A DNA stretch of 64,000 nt from Thermoproteota archaeon (GTDB lineage: Archaea > Thermoproteota > Methanomethylicia > Methanomethylicales > Methanomethylicaceae), in NCBI GenBank assembly GCA_030055575.1, contig JASFYL010000001.1:3545-67544 (forward strand). The letters run 5' to 3'. Shown here one piece after another: positions 18,310-28,726 of this stretch. Position 1 is the first letter of the stretch. Each line of letters opens with the position of its first letter. The notes below the pieces were generated by a model that saw nothing but the letters and a program-made list of their open reading frames with translations, was not told where the DNA came from and did no database searches. The translations under genes were made by a program, and so were the position numbers.

Positions 18310-18485
18310 TCCTACCACTCAAGTATGGAAGCATTAAACAGCTATAAATCCTTATAGTGAGTGGTTGTAAAAAGATCCCATTTATTGAGCAGTGCAGCTA
18401 CTTGGGAGTTCACAATGAGGTTACATGAATTGCTTTCTTGAGACATATTAAATAATAAGTAAAGCTCAATAAATACGTCAAAAGA

Positions 18486-20495
18486 GTGGTGATTATGGCA
18501 CCAATAGTTGTCACCTCTGCCCTTCCATATAGTAACGATCGTCTTCATCTTGGGCACCTTAGGTCAACCTACCTGCCGCCCGATGTCTTTGTCAGATATC
18601 TGAGGAGAAAGGGAGAGGATGTGATATTCATCTGTGCCACAGATGAGCACGGGACGCCTATCGCGCTCAGAGCCGAAAAGGAACATGTGGATCCTAAGGA
18701 CATAACGGATCGGTACCACCCAGTCATAAAAGAAGACTTGGAGAGGATGGGTTGCAGCTTTGACTATTTCTCAAGGACAACCGACCAGATTCACTACGAG
18801 ATGACTCAGCATGTCTTTAACGTGCTGTTCGAAAAGGGGTACATCTACGAGCAGGAAATCGAACTCCTTCGTTGCCCAAAATGCAACAAATATCTTCCTG
18901 ATCGTTACGTCGAGGGTACGTGCCCTTTCTGCGGATACGAAGGCGCACGAGGGGACTCGTGCGACTCATGCGGGCGCTATCTGCGGATTACTGAGCTCAA
19001 GGATGCGAAATGTGCAATATGCGGGTCTAAGCCTGAGCCTACATCCACAAAGCACTGGTTCTTTAGGCTCACGGCATTCAGCGATCTCCTGAAAGCATGG
19101 TTAGAAGGAAACAACAGGATTCCAGAAAATGTCAGGAGGTACGCCCTGCAATGGATTAATGAGGGGCTGCACGACTGGGATATCACGAGAGATATGCGCT
19201 GGGGCGTCCCAGTTCCGGTAGAGGGTGGAGAGGGCAAGGTGGTTTACGTTTGGTTCGACGCCCCTATCGGCTATATCTCCTCGACGCGGGCCTATTTTAA
19301 CGCGAAGGGTACGCCTGAAGGTTGGAAGAGGTACTGGAAAGGAGAAGGCAAGATTTTTCATTTCATCGGCAAGGACATAATCTACCACCATGCCATATTC
19401 TGGCCAGCCATGCTAATGGGTACGGGCGAGTTCAATGTGCCAGAGGCAATTATTGCTGGCGAGTATCTTACTCTCGAAGGGAGAAAGATGTCCAAGAGCA
19501 GGGGGTGGTTCATCAGTATAGAGAATTATCTCAAAACATTCGAAGCAGATCCAATGAGGTACTACTTAATATCAGTAGCACCTCTTGAAAGGGATGCCGA
19601 TTTCTCGGTAGAAGACTTTGTTAAAAGGTACAACGATGAGCTCGCAGATGTGTTGGGCAACTTCATACACCGGACCCTGATCTTTCTCGAGAGGTTCTTT
19701 GACTCAACCGTCCCAGAAGCAGAGCTGGATGAAAATGATGTGCGGGTGCTGACCTCTATCGAAAAGACAGTAACCGAGAGCGATTCGCTTTTAAGGGATA
19801 TGCGCTTCAGGGACGCGCTGGTCTCTGTGATGAACCTAGCCCGAGAGGGTAATCGATATCTAAACGAAGCAGCGCCTTGGGCTACAATCAAGGCCTCCCC
19901 CCAAAGAGCAGCCTCGGCATTATACACATCGGTACAGATAGTCAAGGCGCTTGGGAGCCTTCTATACCCATTTCTTCCATCGACATCAAAGAAAATATGG
20001 CAGATGCTTCGTATCGAGTCAGACCTATCAAAGTTGCCTTGGGAGGTAGCCTGTGAAAAACTGCCATCTGGTCACCGGGTAGGTAAGTCCTTCCCACTCT
20101 TCAAAAAGATCCCTCTCCAGGATGTACAAAAAGTGAAAGATAGCCTTCTACCTCGTAAAGACGTAGGAGAGCGGGTCTCAATTGAGGAATTCAAAAGGGC
20201 AAGAATAGCCGTTGGAGAAGTGGTCTCTGCAGAACGGATTAAGGGGTCAAAGGATCTACTCCACCTTGAGGTAGACCTTGGGGAATACGGGACGAGATCC
20301 TGTGTAGCTGGAATCGCGAAGTACTACTCCCCAGATGAGCTGCTTCACAAGCGTGTTACTGTACTCATGAATGTACAACCAGCGACACTCTTCGGATTCA
20401 AATCCGAGGTGATGATACTCGCTGCAGAGGGGGAAGCGAAGGTTGCACTGCTCGTTCCAGACCGACAAGTCCCCCCGGGCTCACAAGTCAGATGA
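18486..20495 (+). CDS. metG: Methionyl-tRNA synthetase with C-terminal tRNA-binding (EMAP/Trbp111-like) domain
   Basis: HLGHLRSTY (HIGH motif), KMSKS (KMSKSRG) and the zinc knuckle CPKC...CPFCG. Confidence 0.9.
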   Translation: MVIMAPIVVTSALPYSNDRLHLGHLRSTYLPPDVFVRYLRRKGEDVIFICATDEHGTPIALRAEKEHVDPKDITDRYHPVIKEDLERMGCSFDYFSRTTDQIHYEMTQHVFNVLFEKGYIYEQEIELLRCPKCNKYLPDRYVEGTCPFCGYEGARGDSCDSCGRYLRITELKDAKCAICGSKPEPTSTKHWFFRLTAFSDLLKAWLEGNNRIPENVRRYALQWINEGLHDWDITRDMRWGVPVPVEGGEGKVVYVWFDAPIGYISSTRAYFNAKGTPEGWKRYWKGEGKIFHFIGKDIIYHHAIFWPAMLMGTGEFNVPEAIIAGEYLTLEGRKMSKSRGWFISIENYLKTFEADPMRYYLISVAPLERDADFSVEDFVKRYNDELADVLGNFIHRTLIFLERFFDSTVPEAELDENDVRVLTSIEKTVTESDSLLRDMRFRDALVSVMNLAREGNRYLNEAAPWATIKASPQRAASALYTSVQIVKALGSLLYPFLPSTSKKIWQMLRIESDLSKLPWEVACEKLPSGHRVGKSFPLFKKIPLQDVQKVKDSLLPRKDVGERVSIEEFKRARIAVGEVVSAERIKGSKDLLHLEVDLGEYGTRSCVAGIAKYYSPDELLHKRVTVLMNVQPATLFGFKSEVMILAAEGEAKVALLVPDRQVPPGSQVR

Positions 20496-20507
20496 CAGGG
20501 GGTTCTT

Positions 20508-21173
20508 TTGCTCTTCAATATCGATCTCCACGTTCACACCGACCGTTCCCCAGATGGGTGTTCGACACTTTTGGAAATCGCTGCCATCGCTAAATTGAAG
20601 GGGTTACATGGACTTGCCTTAACAGACCACGATATCATGATGCATGAAGGAGACTCAATGCGCCTCTCTCGCGAACTGGGCATTCTGGTGGTTCCTGGAG
20701 TAGAGCTGACTACGGAGGCGGGGCACCTGATAATACTTAATCCAAAACGTAACCTTCTCGGGCTCTCCATGAAAGAGGCTGCCCATGCGGCTTCGATAGA
20801 CGGATCCCCTATAATAATCCCACATCTAATGGATCCTATCAGTCACGGTATAGGTGAGGAACAGGCTCTCTCTTTGCTGACCTATTCGCCACTGATCGAG
20901 GTTTTGAATGCTTCAACATTTTCTAGATATAACCACAAGGCCTCTTTCTTTGCGACTTCGCATTCGCTACCTGCTGTGGGTGGCAGCGACGCCCACCTCG
21001 CAGATGCGGTTGGCGATGCCTATACTGTTGTCGACTCCCCTAGCCTCGAACTCGGGTCAGTCCTTGCGGCGATATCAGATGGTCGCACCATGCCCTCTGG
21101 AGGTAGAACCTCGTTAGCGACTGCAGCCAAGACTGTTTTCGCCAGATTTATGAAACGCATCTCTCGCGCATGA
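20508..21173 (+). CDS. PHP-domain phosphoesterase
   Basis: DLHVHTDRSPDG...ALTDHD are the PHP metal ligands. Confidence 0.7.
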   Translation: MLFNIDLHVHTDRSPDGCSTLLEIAAIAKLKGLHGLALTDHDIMMHEGDSMRLSRELGILVVPGVELTTEAGHLIILNPKRNLLGLSMKEAAHAASIDGSPIIIPHLMDPISHGIGEEQALSLLTYSPLIEVLNASTFSRYNHKASFFATSHSLPAVGGSDAHLADAVGDAYTVVDSPSLELGSVLAAISDGRTMPSGGRTSLATAAKTVFARFMKRISRA

Positions 21174-21190
21174 ATGGAAGATGTGCGTTT

Positions 21191-22447
21191 ATGCGTGTCT
21201 TCTTAAAGACATTTGGGTGTTCTCTCAATCGCGCTGACACCGAGTCGATCACTCATCTCATAAAAGAGCACCATTTGGAGATCGTCGATTCGGAAGCTGA
21301 GGCTGACGCTGTTGTGGTGAACACGTGCACCGTTAGGGGTGAAACTGAAGAGAAGGTTTTGAGATACCTGTCTTCGTTAAGGGGAAAGCGTTTGCTGGTG
21401 ACTGGATGCATGGCAGCCGTTCAACCCGGTCTGATTGCCTGCAACTTCCCCCAATGCTCAATAGTGAGCGCCAACAACATGGATTGCATAATTGGCGCAC
21501 TGGAGAAGAAGGTGATCTCCGTGGGTTCAGGAGGATCTCCTCCCCCGCCTGCACCTTTCTCGAGGGGACTGGTGTATACAATACCCATCTCTAGGGGCTG
21601 CTTGGGAGAATGCACGTATTGTATAGTCAGACTGGCTAGGAGAACGCTTGTCAGTACACCGCCCAGCACAATATTGACAATGACTGAGAAGGCTGTAGCT
21701 TCTGGGGCCTTAGAAATAAGGTTTACAGCACAAGACACAGGAGTTTACGGGTTGGATATTGGAACTTCCCTTCATTCCTTGCTCAGAAGTGCCTCGGCCA
21801 TTACTGGCAGGTTCAAGATTAGGGTAGGGATGTTCAACCCCTCCTCGATCTCTAGTTTTTTAAACGATCTCTTGAACTGTTACCACTCCAATAAAATCTA
21901 CAAGTTTGCTCATATGCCCCTGCAGAGCGGAAGCGACAAGATACTTGAGTCCATGCGGAGAGGATACAACTCCGAAGATTTTATTAAAATCGTAAGGAGA
22001 TTCAGACAGGAGTTTCCTTGGATGACGCTTGCCACAGATGTAATTGTGGGCTACCCCGGAGAATTGGAGGAGGACTTCAAAAATACTTTGGATCTACTGC
22101 GCCTCCTCGAACCAGACAAGATCCATGCTTCGAGGTTCTCGCCTCGCCCGCATACCCCAGCCGCCTCACTGAAGCAGGTTCCTGAGCCGGTTAAGAAGGA
22201 GCGCAGCCGGATAATGTCTTCCCTGAGGCTTTCGATCCAAAACGAAAGAAACAAAAGGTGGGTTGGAAAAGAGGTTGAGGCTACCGTCGTGGAACACAAA
22301 AGAGGAGTTGGTCTCCTCGCGAGGACAGACGAGTACAAATCCGTGTTAATAAAGGAAGACCATCCTTTACTGCTTGGCTCAAGAGTATTTTTGGAAATAA
22401 TCGCGTGCTCCCCATTCAGGCTGGTTGGTAGCGTCATCCGCCGCTGA
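21191..22447 (+). CDS. MiaB-family radical SAM methylthiotransferase (MtaB/CDKAL1-like) with TRAM domain
   Basis: MTTase N-terminal domain (MRVFLKTFGCSLNRADTE), radical SAM motif CLGECTYC, C-terminal TRAM. Confidence 0.8.
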   Translation: MRVFLKTFGCSLNRADTESITHLIKEHHLEIVDSEAEADAVVVNTCTVRGETEEKVLRYLSSLRGKRLLVTGCMAAVQPGLIACNFPQCSIVSANNMDCIIGALEKKVISVGSGGSPPPPAPFSRGLVYTIPISRGCLGECTYCIVRLARRTLVSTPPSTILTMTEKAVASGALEIRFTAQDTGVYGLDIGTSLHSLLRSASAITGRFKIRVGMFNPSSISSFLNDLLNCYHSNKIYKFAHMPLQSGSDKILESMRRGYNSEDFIKIVRRFRQEFPWMTLATDVIVGYPGELEEDFKNTLDLLRLLEPDKIHASRFSPRPHTPAASLKQVPEPVKKERSRIMSSLRLSIQNERNKRWVGKEVEATVVEHKRGVGLLARTDEYKSVLIKEDHPLLLGSRVFLEIIACSPFRLVGSVIRR

Positions 22448-22709
22448 CTGGTGGCAGTATTGCAATCGAGTCACCCGCAGGCTCGCCGAAACACTCGCTG
22501 CCCACAAGCCGGTTTCCAGACAGAACTTTGTATCTCCCATCAAATCGCTCTTCTACGAATATGACCCTTCCTACCTCAGGAAAATTCTCTCGCACCTTTT
22601 CCAATACCTCTTTTATGGTCGGACATTTCTCGAATTCGATGGTGACTTTATCTTTTCCGACTTTCTCCCTCAAATTAGCGAAGAGTCTGATTCGCACCGA
22701 TACGCCCAT
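22434..22709 (-). CDS. MoaD/ThiS-like small protein (SAMP-like) ending in Gly-Gly
   Basis: Beta-grasp-sized with C-terminal ...ILPPVSGG. Confidence 0.65.
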   Translation of the reverse strand: MGVSVRIRLFANLREKVGKDKVTIEFEKCPTIKEVLEKVRENFPEVGRVIFVEERFDGRYKVLSGNRLVGSECFGEPAGDSIAILPPVSGG

Positions 22710-22713
22710 TGAT

Positions 22714-23001
22714 CTACTCCTCATTAACCGACTTATTGATCTGCTCCTCCATTATGTGCCCTTTACATACCACTGTAGCTTTCTTTACCCCTGGCACACT
22801 CATAACCGCCTTCTTTATCTCCTGCGCGAGATAAAATGCGATGGGGCACATTGGGCTGGAGGGAACAAACTCAAGCTTCACTACCCCGTCTTTCTCTTCC
22901 AAATTGTCAATAAGCTGCATATCCACCATACTCATGCCTGTTTCTGGATCCATGACGTTCTTAAGGGCATCAAGCACCTTAGTTTCTATCTCTTTTCCCA
23001 T
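22714..23001 (-). CDS. DUF59/MIP18-family Fe-S assembly-related protein
   Basis: DPETGMSMVDMQLI...VPSSPMCP... is the DUF59 signature. Confidence 0.6.
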   Translation of the reverse strand: MGKEIETKVLDALKNVMDPETGMSMVDMQLIDNLEEKDGVVKLEFVPSSPMCPIAFYLAQEIKKAVMSVPGVKKATVVCKGHIMEEQINKSVNEE

Positions 23002-24012
23002 CGCTATCCCTGTTTTCTATTGACCACTGAAGTATAAATAGATTAGATTTCAATCCTTCACAGCTATGGTGGATGCCCAAAACTGAAGGGTGAAGTCTTG
23101 AGAAAACAGTTAACGCATGCTATTTTTAAGATCTAAATTAATGTTTATATTTTTATTTGATATTATATTGATTAATAGTTTCTGTCTTGGTATCTAGAGA
23201 TTGGTTAATCAAAGAAATATGCGCCAGAAGCCTTGCCAGGCTCTAATAATTTCCGCCTACTCGTTTCCTTTTTATGTTAGATTTTTGTAATCTAACATGC
23301 GATCATATTATAAATTAATAATTTGACAATTTCATTAAAAATCTACTAAATGTTAATGCTTCTTGGGCACTCCCTGCTCTTTTCCAAGGAAGACTTCCTT
23401 TACCGAACTATTGATAGACGCTGATGCTTGACTTTCCATAAAATCTTGTTGCACATCAAACGGACATGTTTGTTGCCATTGCCTTGTGCTGAAGCATTAT
23501 GTGCTGTTGCCCTTAACATGATTGATGTCGTTTCACAGTGCGCTGAACTTAATTATCAAGTTCCTTGTTATTTTTGACCATTGACAAATGAACCTTTTTC
23601 TCGAGCAGTTTGCCATAGGATCCTTCTTCCCAGCTTTGCGCCCAGCACGTTCTTTCCAAAAATAGCTGTTTTTACTTGCACTCTTTTTATGGGTAAATAC
23701 GGTGATAATTTCGAGCCATCAAGACGTTGTTAGGACTCATGAACTAACATGGCACCTCTCACATCATGCACCTTGGAAAGTACTTCCAGTTAAATAACTA
23801 CATTATACAATTTAGTCATTTATCTTAATTGAAGAAAAGTTTATATTTAGAAACATTTTAAAAATGAAGGTCATAAATTAAGGAGGTCTCATCACCATAT
23901 CATGCCTTCGCCTCTTTACAGAAGAACCTTTTGCATGCACATGTACACTAAATTCAGAGCTAAATTATTGTGTCGTATCTGAATTTACAACACCTGATCA
24001 AATTGCTGACTG

Positions 24013-25947
24013 GTGGGCATGATGGAACTATCTCCGATCTGGTTATCAATCATTCTGCCTGCAGCAATCGGATTAACCTCCTATGTGGCAGGTAGGCGAG
24101 CAGGGTATTTCGTTACCGCATCTTCAGCTTTTTCGTTCTTAATAATTATATCACTAATTGAAATGTTCATTAATGGAGGATCCCTGCATATCGAAGGCTT
24201 CGCGTGGTGGCCAATCCCTGTATCTCCACTGAATTTTGGACTAATAATTGACCCCTTAAGTGTATTGATGGGCAGCATCGTTTCTTTCATATCCCTCATT
24301 GTTTTCCTCTACTCGATTGGATATATGAAACAAGAGGAAGGGGCGCCACGTTTCTGGTTTTTTATGGGCTGCTTCGAGTCTAGCATGTTGTTGCTTGTCT
24401 TCTCGGACAACCTGGTGATGACTTTCTTAGGATGGGAGGGGGTGGGTTTATGCAGCTATTTCCTCATCGGTCACTACTACCGGGATCAGCGAGAGAAGTG
24501 GCTGGGGGGTCCTGACGGAGTTGCACCTTATGTCCGACCATCGCTTTGTGGAGAAAAAGCCCTCCTCACAACTGGTTTTGCAGACTCGATTATGCTAATT
24601 GGAATTATGTTATTATACTCAATTTACGGTACATTCAACTTCCATGAATTGCAGTTGATGGCGTCCTCGAGCTCTGTAGACTCGGGACTCATCTTGGCAG
24701 CCTCAGTATGTCTGATAATGGGTCCGTTGGGGAAATCTGCACAATTTCCATTTCATGAATGGCTGCCCGAGGCTATGTCTGGTCCGACCCCAGTCAGCGC
24801 TCTCCTCCATTCTGCCACAATGGTTAAGGCGGGTGTCTACCTAGTCGCAAGGGTCTCACCCCTATTCTATATTCTTTCCGGGATGTACCCTGGATCCATG
24901 AACTTTTTCCTAATCGCTTCCGTGGCGGGTCTGCTCACAGCCATCATAGGCTCAATTTATGGCACGATTGCTTACGAGATGAAGAAAGTTCTTGCGTACT
25001 CCACGATCTCACAACTCGGTTTCATGTTTGTGGCGCTAGGGATTTCAGGGATCTCGGGGGATCCTCTGCTAGGTCTATCTGCTGGCATCTTCCACCTACT
25101 TGCACACTCGATCTTCAAGGCGGCTCTCTTCCTTGGGGCGGGTTCGGCGATACATGCATCCCACACTATCTACATCACCGAAATGGGCCAGCTGAGGAAG
25201 GCTTGCCCCAAAACCTTTCTGGCTATGACAGTATCAGCGCTCAGCCTGTGCGCCCTCCCTCCGCTTATGGGTTTTTGGAGCAAAGATGCCATCTTGGCTG
25301 CAGTTTACCCTGTGAATTTTGCAGCCGCAGCTCTTTTGGCAGCCTCATCCGCATTGACTTGTTTCTATTCGATTCGCCTCATTTGGTATACTTTTCTTGC
25401 CCCCTCAAAGAAAAAGATCCACTCCCACGAAGAGTGGTTACTTGTAGGACCGGCGCTCTTCCTTTCTGGAATTACCCTTTTCTTGGGCCTCTTCGGGAAA
25501 TCAATAGAGCACACAGTCAGCGAGTCGTTGTCCCATGCCTTAGAATTGACAATGGCACACGAGACAGACGCATATGTCGCAATCGGAATGAGCATGGCGG
25601 CTCTTTCTTTAGGGTTTGCTTCGGCGTACCTCAAATATTTTAGAAAGCCTTGCTCTTCAGAAAAGGCAAATCCATATGCTTTAACAGGCTTGAGGAGGGT
25701 CCTTACGGATAGGCCGGTTGACAAGTCATACAGCTTGCTCTCGGCTTCTCTAAAGAGGTTCTCGCGTGCCGTTTATGATTTCGAAATTTTACTCAACAAA
25801 TTCAACCTGGCAGTTGCAAGCTCGGTGATGACCATAGCGAGGAATCTGAGCAGCATTCATTCAGGGGATCTGAACAGGTACCTTGGGATAGCCGCCGTGC
25901 TCATGCTTCTGCTCCTTGTTATTATGTTGCTGGTGGGGTCTGCATGA
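24013..25947 (+). CDS. Mrp/complex-I antiporter-like subunit (MrpA/NuoL-like, no fused MrpB domain)
   Basis: 644 aa polytopic protein with conserved antiporter motifs (WLPEAMSGPTPVSALLHSATMV) and a C-terminal long helix followed by a terminal TM. Confidence 0.8.
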   Translation: MGMMELSPIWLSIILPAAIGLTSYVAGRRAGYFVTASSAFSFLIIISLIEMFINGGSLHIEGFAWWPIPVSPLNFGLIIDPLSVLMGSIVSFISLIVFLYSIGYMKQEEGAPRFWFFMGCFESSMLLLVFSDNLVMTFLGWEGVGLCSYFLIGHYYRDQREKWLGGPDGVAPYVRPSLCGEKALLTTGFADSIMLIGIMLLYSIYGTFNFHELQLMASSSSVDSGLILAASVCLIMGPLGKSAQFPFHEWLPEAMSGPTPVSALLHSATMVKAGVYLVARVSPLFYILSGMYPGSMNFFLIASVAGLLTAIIGSIYGTIAYEMKKVLAYSTISQLGFMFVALGISGISGDPLLGLSAGIFHLLAHSIFKAALFLGAGSAIHASHTIYITEMGQLRKACPKTFLAMTVSALSLCALPPLMGFWSKDAILAAVYPVNFAAAALLAASSALTCFYSIRLIWYTFLAPSKKKIHSHEEWLLVGPALFLSGITLFLGLFGKSIEHTVSESLSHALELTMAHETDAYVAIGMSMAALSLGFASAYLKYFRKPCSSEKANPYALTGLRRVLTDRPVDKSYSLLSASLKRFSRAVYDFEILLNKFNLAVASSVMTIARNLSSIHSGDLNRYLGIAAVLMLLLLVIMLLVGSA

Positions 25948-27383
25948 GCCTCCTCTACATTGTGTTAATTCCGATTTTATTCGTGCCGATCGTATACTTC
26001 TTGGGTACCCGCATTTCTCACAGAGTGGGATATGTCGCCGCCGTAGCACCATTTCTTGGTTTGCTGCAAGCTATTTGGTGTTTCCCTACTCTTCTAAGCG
26101 GAAAAAGAATAGTCTCCGATCTTGGCTGGGTGAGCTATCTGGGGCTGGATCTAAACTTTAACCTCTCAATCGATGGCATTAGCCTGATCTACAGCATCGC
26201 CATCGCCTCTGTGTCCGCTGCAGTATGCGTCTACTCGGTAGATTACATGGACCACAGGGTTCATGAAATGGGTTTGGAAGGTGAGGACAGAAAAAAAGCA
26301 TTCTCAAGGTTCTACTCAGCATACCTCCTCTTCTACCTAGGCATGATTGGTACGGTCATATCCACCAACATCGTGCAGTTTTACCTCTTCTACGAGCTGA
26401 TCCTCATCAGTACATGGCTCCTGATCCACATCTTTGGTTATGGCGAAAAGGAAAAAATTGCGCTTACATATTTCATCTGGACCCACCTGAGTGGGCTCTT
26501 AGTCCTGATCGGGTTTGCCTTTCACTATATGGCTACCGGGAGCATTGCTATGGTTTCCTTCAATCAGTACTCTATTGGTTCGCTCCTCCTCTTGATTGGA
26601 TTCTCCATCAAGATGGCTGCATTTGGTCTTCACACATGGTTACCTTTGGCTCATGGGGAGGCACCAACGCCGATCAGCGCTCTCTTGAGTCCAGTGACAA
26701 TTGGTATAGGTGCCTATGGCATAATCAGAATGGCACTTCCCGCAGTTGTCGAGTTCTCAAATTGGGTACTACTCTGGGCATTGGTGACAATCGTCTTCGG
26801 CGGACTCATGGCGCTCTCTGAAGATGACATAAAGCGACTTTTGGCATACTCGAGCATAAGCCACATGGGCTACATGATGCTTGGAATTGCTTCCTTGACA
26901 TATATCGGCATTAGCGGAGTAGTGTATCACTACTTGACACATGCTTTCTTGAAGGCTGTGCTCTTCATGGGTGCCGGAGCCATAATGATGCAGCTTGGAG
27001 GGATCAGGAAGATAAGTCTGATGGGAGGTCTTGCCTCAAAAACTCCCATTGTCGCATTGTTCCTTGCTTCAGGGTTCTTAGGGTTAGCTGGCTTCCCACC
27101 ATTCCCAGGCTTCAATTCTAAGCTTATAATACTTGCCGGGGCTTTCTCAGGGGCGAACGGATTTGCATCCCTCTGTATTGTGGCTGGCGCAGCTTTCTCA
27201 TCTATCTTGACTATCGCTTATGGTGCTGAGGCGCTCAGGAGATCGATGTTCGGAGAGATAAAGGAAGGACTCGAAGTAAAGCGCTTAAGTAATACGATGG
27301 TATTGCCAATGGTCTTTATGCTACTGCTCGCAATTTTATTCTTCTTTATGCCTTGGTTAGTGATCTTGCCTTTGGAGGCATGA
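25944..27383 (+). CDS. Mrp antiporter-like subunit D (NuoM/N-like)
   Basis: 479 aa with HTWLPLAHGEAPTPISALL. Start overlaps the upstream stop (translational coupling). Confidence 0.8.
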   Translation: MSLLYIVLIPILFVPIVYFLGTRISHRVGYVAAVAPFLGLLQAIWCFPTLLSGKRIVSDLGWVSYLGLDLNFNLSIDGISLIYSIAIASVSAAVCVYSVDYMDHRVHEMGLEGEDRKKAFSRFYSAYLLFYLGMIGTVISTNIVQFYLFYELILISTWLLIHIFGYGEKEKIALTYFIWTHLSGLLVLIGFAFHYMATGSIAMVSFNQYSIGSLLLLIGFSIKMAAFGLHTWLPLAHGEAPTPISALLSPVTIGIGAYGIIRMALPAVVEFSNWVLLWALVTIVFGGLMALSEDDIKRLLAYSSISHMGYMMLGIASLTYIGISGVVYHYLTHAFLKAVLFMGAGAIMMQLGGIRKISLMGGLASKTPIVALFLASGFLGLAGFPPFPGFNSKLIILAGAFSGANGFASLCIVAGAAFSSILTIAYGAEALRRSMFGEIKEGLEVKRLSNTMVLPMVFMLLLAILFFFMPWLVILPLEA

Positions 27384-27386
27384 TGT

Positions 27387-27878
27387 ATGATAGTCAAGGT
27401 TCTGTTCATGGCATTTGTCTCATTCCTGGTCTACGTTAGCCTTGTTGGAAGCATTGGTACAGACGAGTTGATAATTGGAGCAATTATCTCGATAATCATA
27501 GGTGTTATTACGAGGAACCTGGTAGTGTCCGACGAGAAGAAGGTCTTGAGCCCGAGGAAGTGGCTCGGCGCATTTTGGTATCTTGCGGTCTACTGGATCC
27601 GATACGAGACGACCTCGCATCTTGATGTAGTTAAGAGGATATTCACGATGAAATACAACCCATCAATTGTGAGGGTACCGTTCAATCTTACCTCTGAATA
27701 CGGGGTAACGGCGGTGGGCAACTCCATCACTAATACCCCTGGTACCGTGGTAGTTGATATCGACGAAAAGCGTGGGTACTACTATGTGCACTGGATCGAC
27801 GCACCTTCTGTCGAAGAGGAATATTGCTACAAAGCGATTAGCAAAGGTTTCGAGGAGCTGGTGAGGCGGTTCCTATGA
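27387..27878 (+). CDS. Mrp subunit E
   Basis: N-terminal TM hairpin plus the ...TNTPGT... motif. Confidence 0.7.
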   Translation: MIVKVLFMAFVSFLVYVSLVGSIGTDELIIGAIISIIIGVITRNLVVSDEKKVLSPRKWLGAFWYLAVYWIRYETTSHLDVVKRIFTMKYNPSIVRVPFNLTSEYGVTAVGNSITNTPGTVVVDIDEKRGYYYVHWIDAPSVEEEYCYKAISKGFEELVRRFL

Positions 27879-28144
27879 TAGACTTGCTTTTAAATGTCGC
27901 AATATCTATGTTTGTGCTCTCGATAGTGTTCTCACTATACCGGATGATCCGCGGTCCTACGGTGCCTGACCGTATGCTCGCGCTCGATGTGATCTCCTAT
28001 GGTCTTGCAGTCGTGATGGGGCTGATTGCAATAGTCTCAGGGTCGCCCTACCTTATCGTCATCAGCTTCTCTCTGGCGCTTTGGTTCTTCATAGGCGCTT
28101 TGTATGTCGCTAGGTATCTGGAGGGTGAAGAGATTGGTGAATGA
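27875..28144 (+). CDS. Mrp subunit F
   Basis: 89 aa with RMIRGPTVPDRMLALD. Confidence 0.7.
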   Translation: MIDLLLNVAISMFVLSIVFSLYRMIRGPTVPDRMLALDVISYGLAVVMGLIAIVSGSPYLIVISFSLALWFFIGALYVARYLEGEEIGE

Positions 28145-28487
28145 GCTTCTCGAGATAATTGGCATCTTCTTGGTGGTTCTTGGAGGGCTGCTCAATATTA
28201 TCGGGTCGATCGGCATGTTGCGATTCCCATCTTATTTCTTGAGAATCCACGCTGCGACGGTAGCTGTGATTGGGGGGTCGGTAGTCCCTCTCGTGGGGAT
28301 AGCCTTCCTTTCGTATGGGATCCACGGAAGCGAGGGAGTCGTGACATCCCTCGGGGCATTAGGGACGGCAGCTTTCATATTCATTACCGCCCCGGTATCT
28401 TCCCACGCTATTTCAAGAGCTGCCGCACGGATGAGGATGCCGAGGGGCCCTTTGACTCACGACCACCTGGAGGAAGATGGGAAATGA
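28104..28487 (+). CDS. Mrp subunit G
   Basis: 3 TM helices with ...LRFPSYFLRIHAAT.... An alternative GTG start lies near 28138. Confidence 0.7.
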   Translation: MSLGIWRVKRLVNELLEIIGIFLVVLGGLLNIIGSIGMLRFPSYFLRIHAATVAVIGGSVVPLVGIAFLSYGIHGSEGVVTSLGALGTAAFIFITAPVSSHAISRAAARMRMPRGPLTHDHLEEDGK

Positions 28488-28726
28488 TGGAGCTAATCGT
28501 CAATCTGTTGCTCGCATCATGTGTAATGCTTACCGCTGCGATCGTGTATACCAAGGATCTTCTCCTTGCGGTGGTGTTGTCAGGCGCAGAGGGGGTAATG
28601 GTAGCCGTCATCTTCTACCTCCTCTTGGCACCAGATATTGCCTTGGTTCAGGTGGCAGCCGGGGTCGGCATTTCTACTGCGTTCTTCATTGTGGGTCTTA
28701 GGAAGCTGAGGAGGCATGAAGAATGA
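28484..28726 (+). CDS. Small MrpB-like (DUF4040-like) membrane subunit
   Basis: 80 aa with 2-3 TM helices, overlapping start and stop codons with its neighbours in the Mrp cluster. Confidence 0.5.
   Translation: MMELIVNLLLASCVMLTAAIVYTKDLLLAVVLSGAEGVMVAVIFYLLLAPDIALVQVAAGVGISTAFFIVGLRKLRRHEE

Noticed and set aside
20508-21173. Possibility that the PHP protein is the RNase P p30 subunit
   Set aside because: The protein keeps the full set of PHP metal-binding His/Asp motifs (HVH...HD) typical of phosphoesterases, so the generic call was kept.
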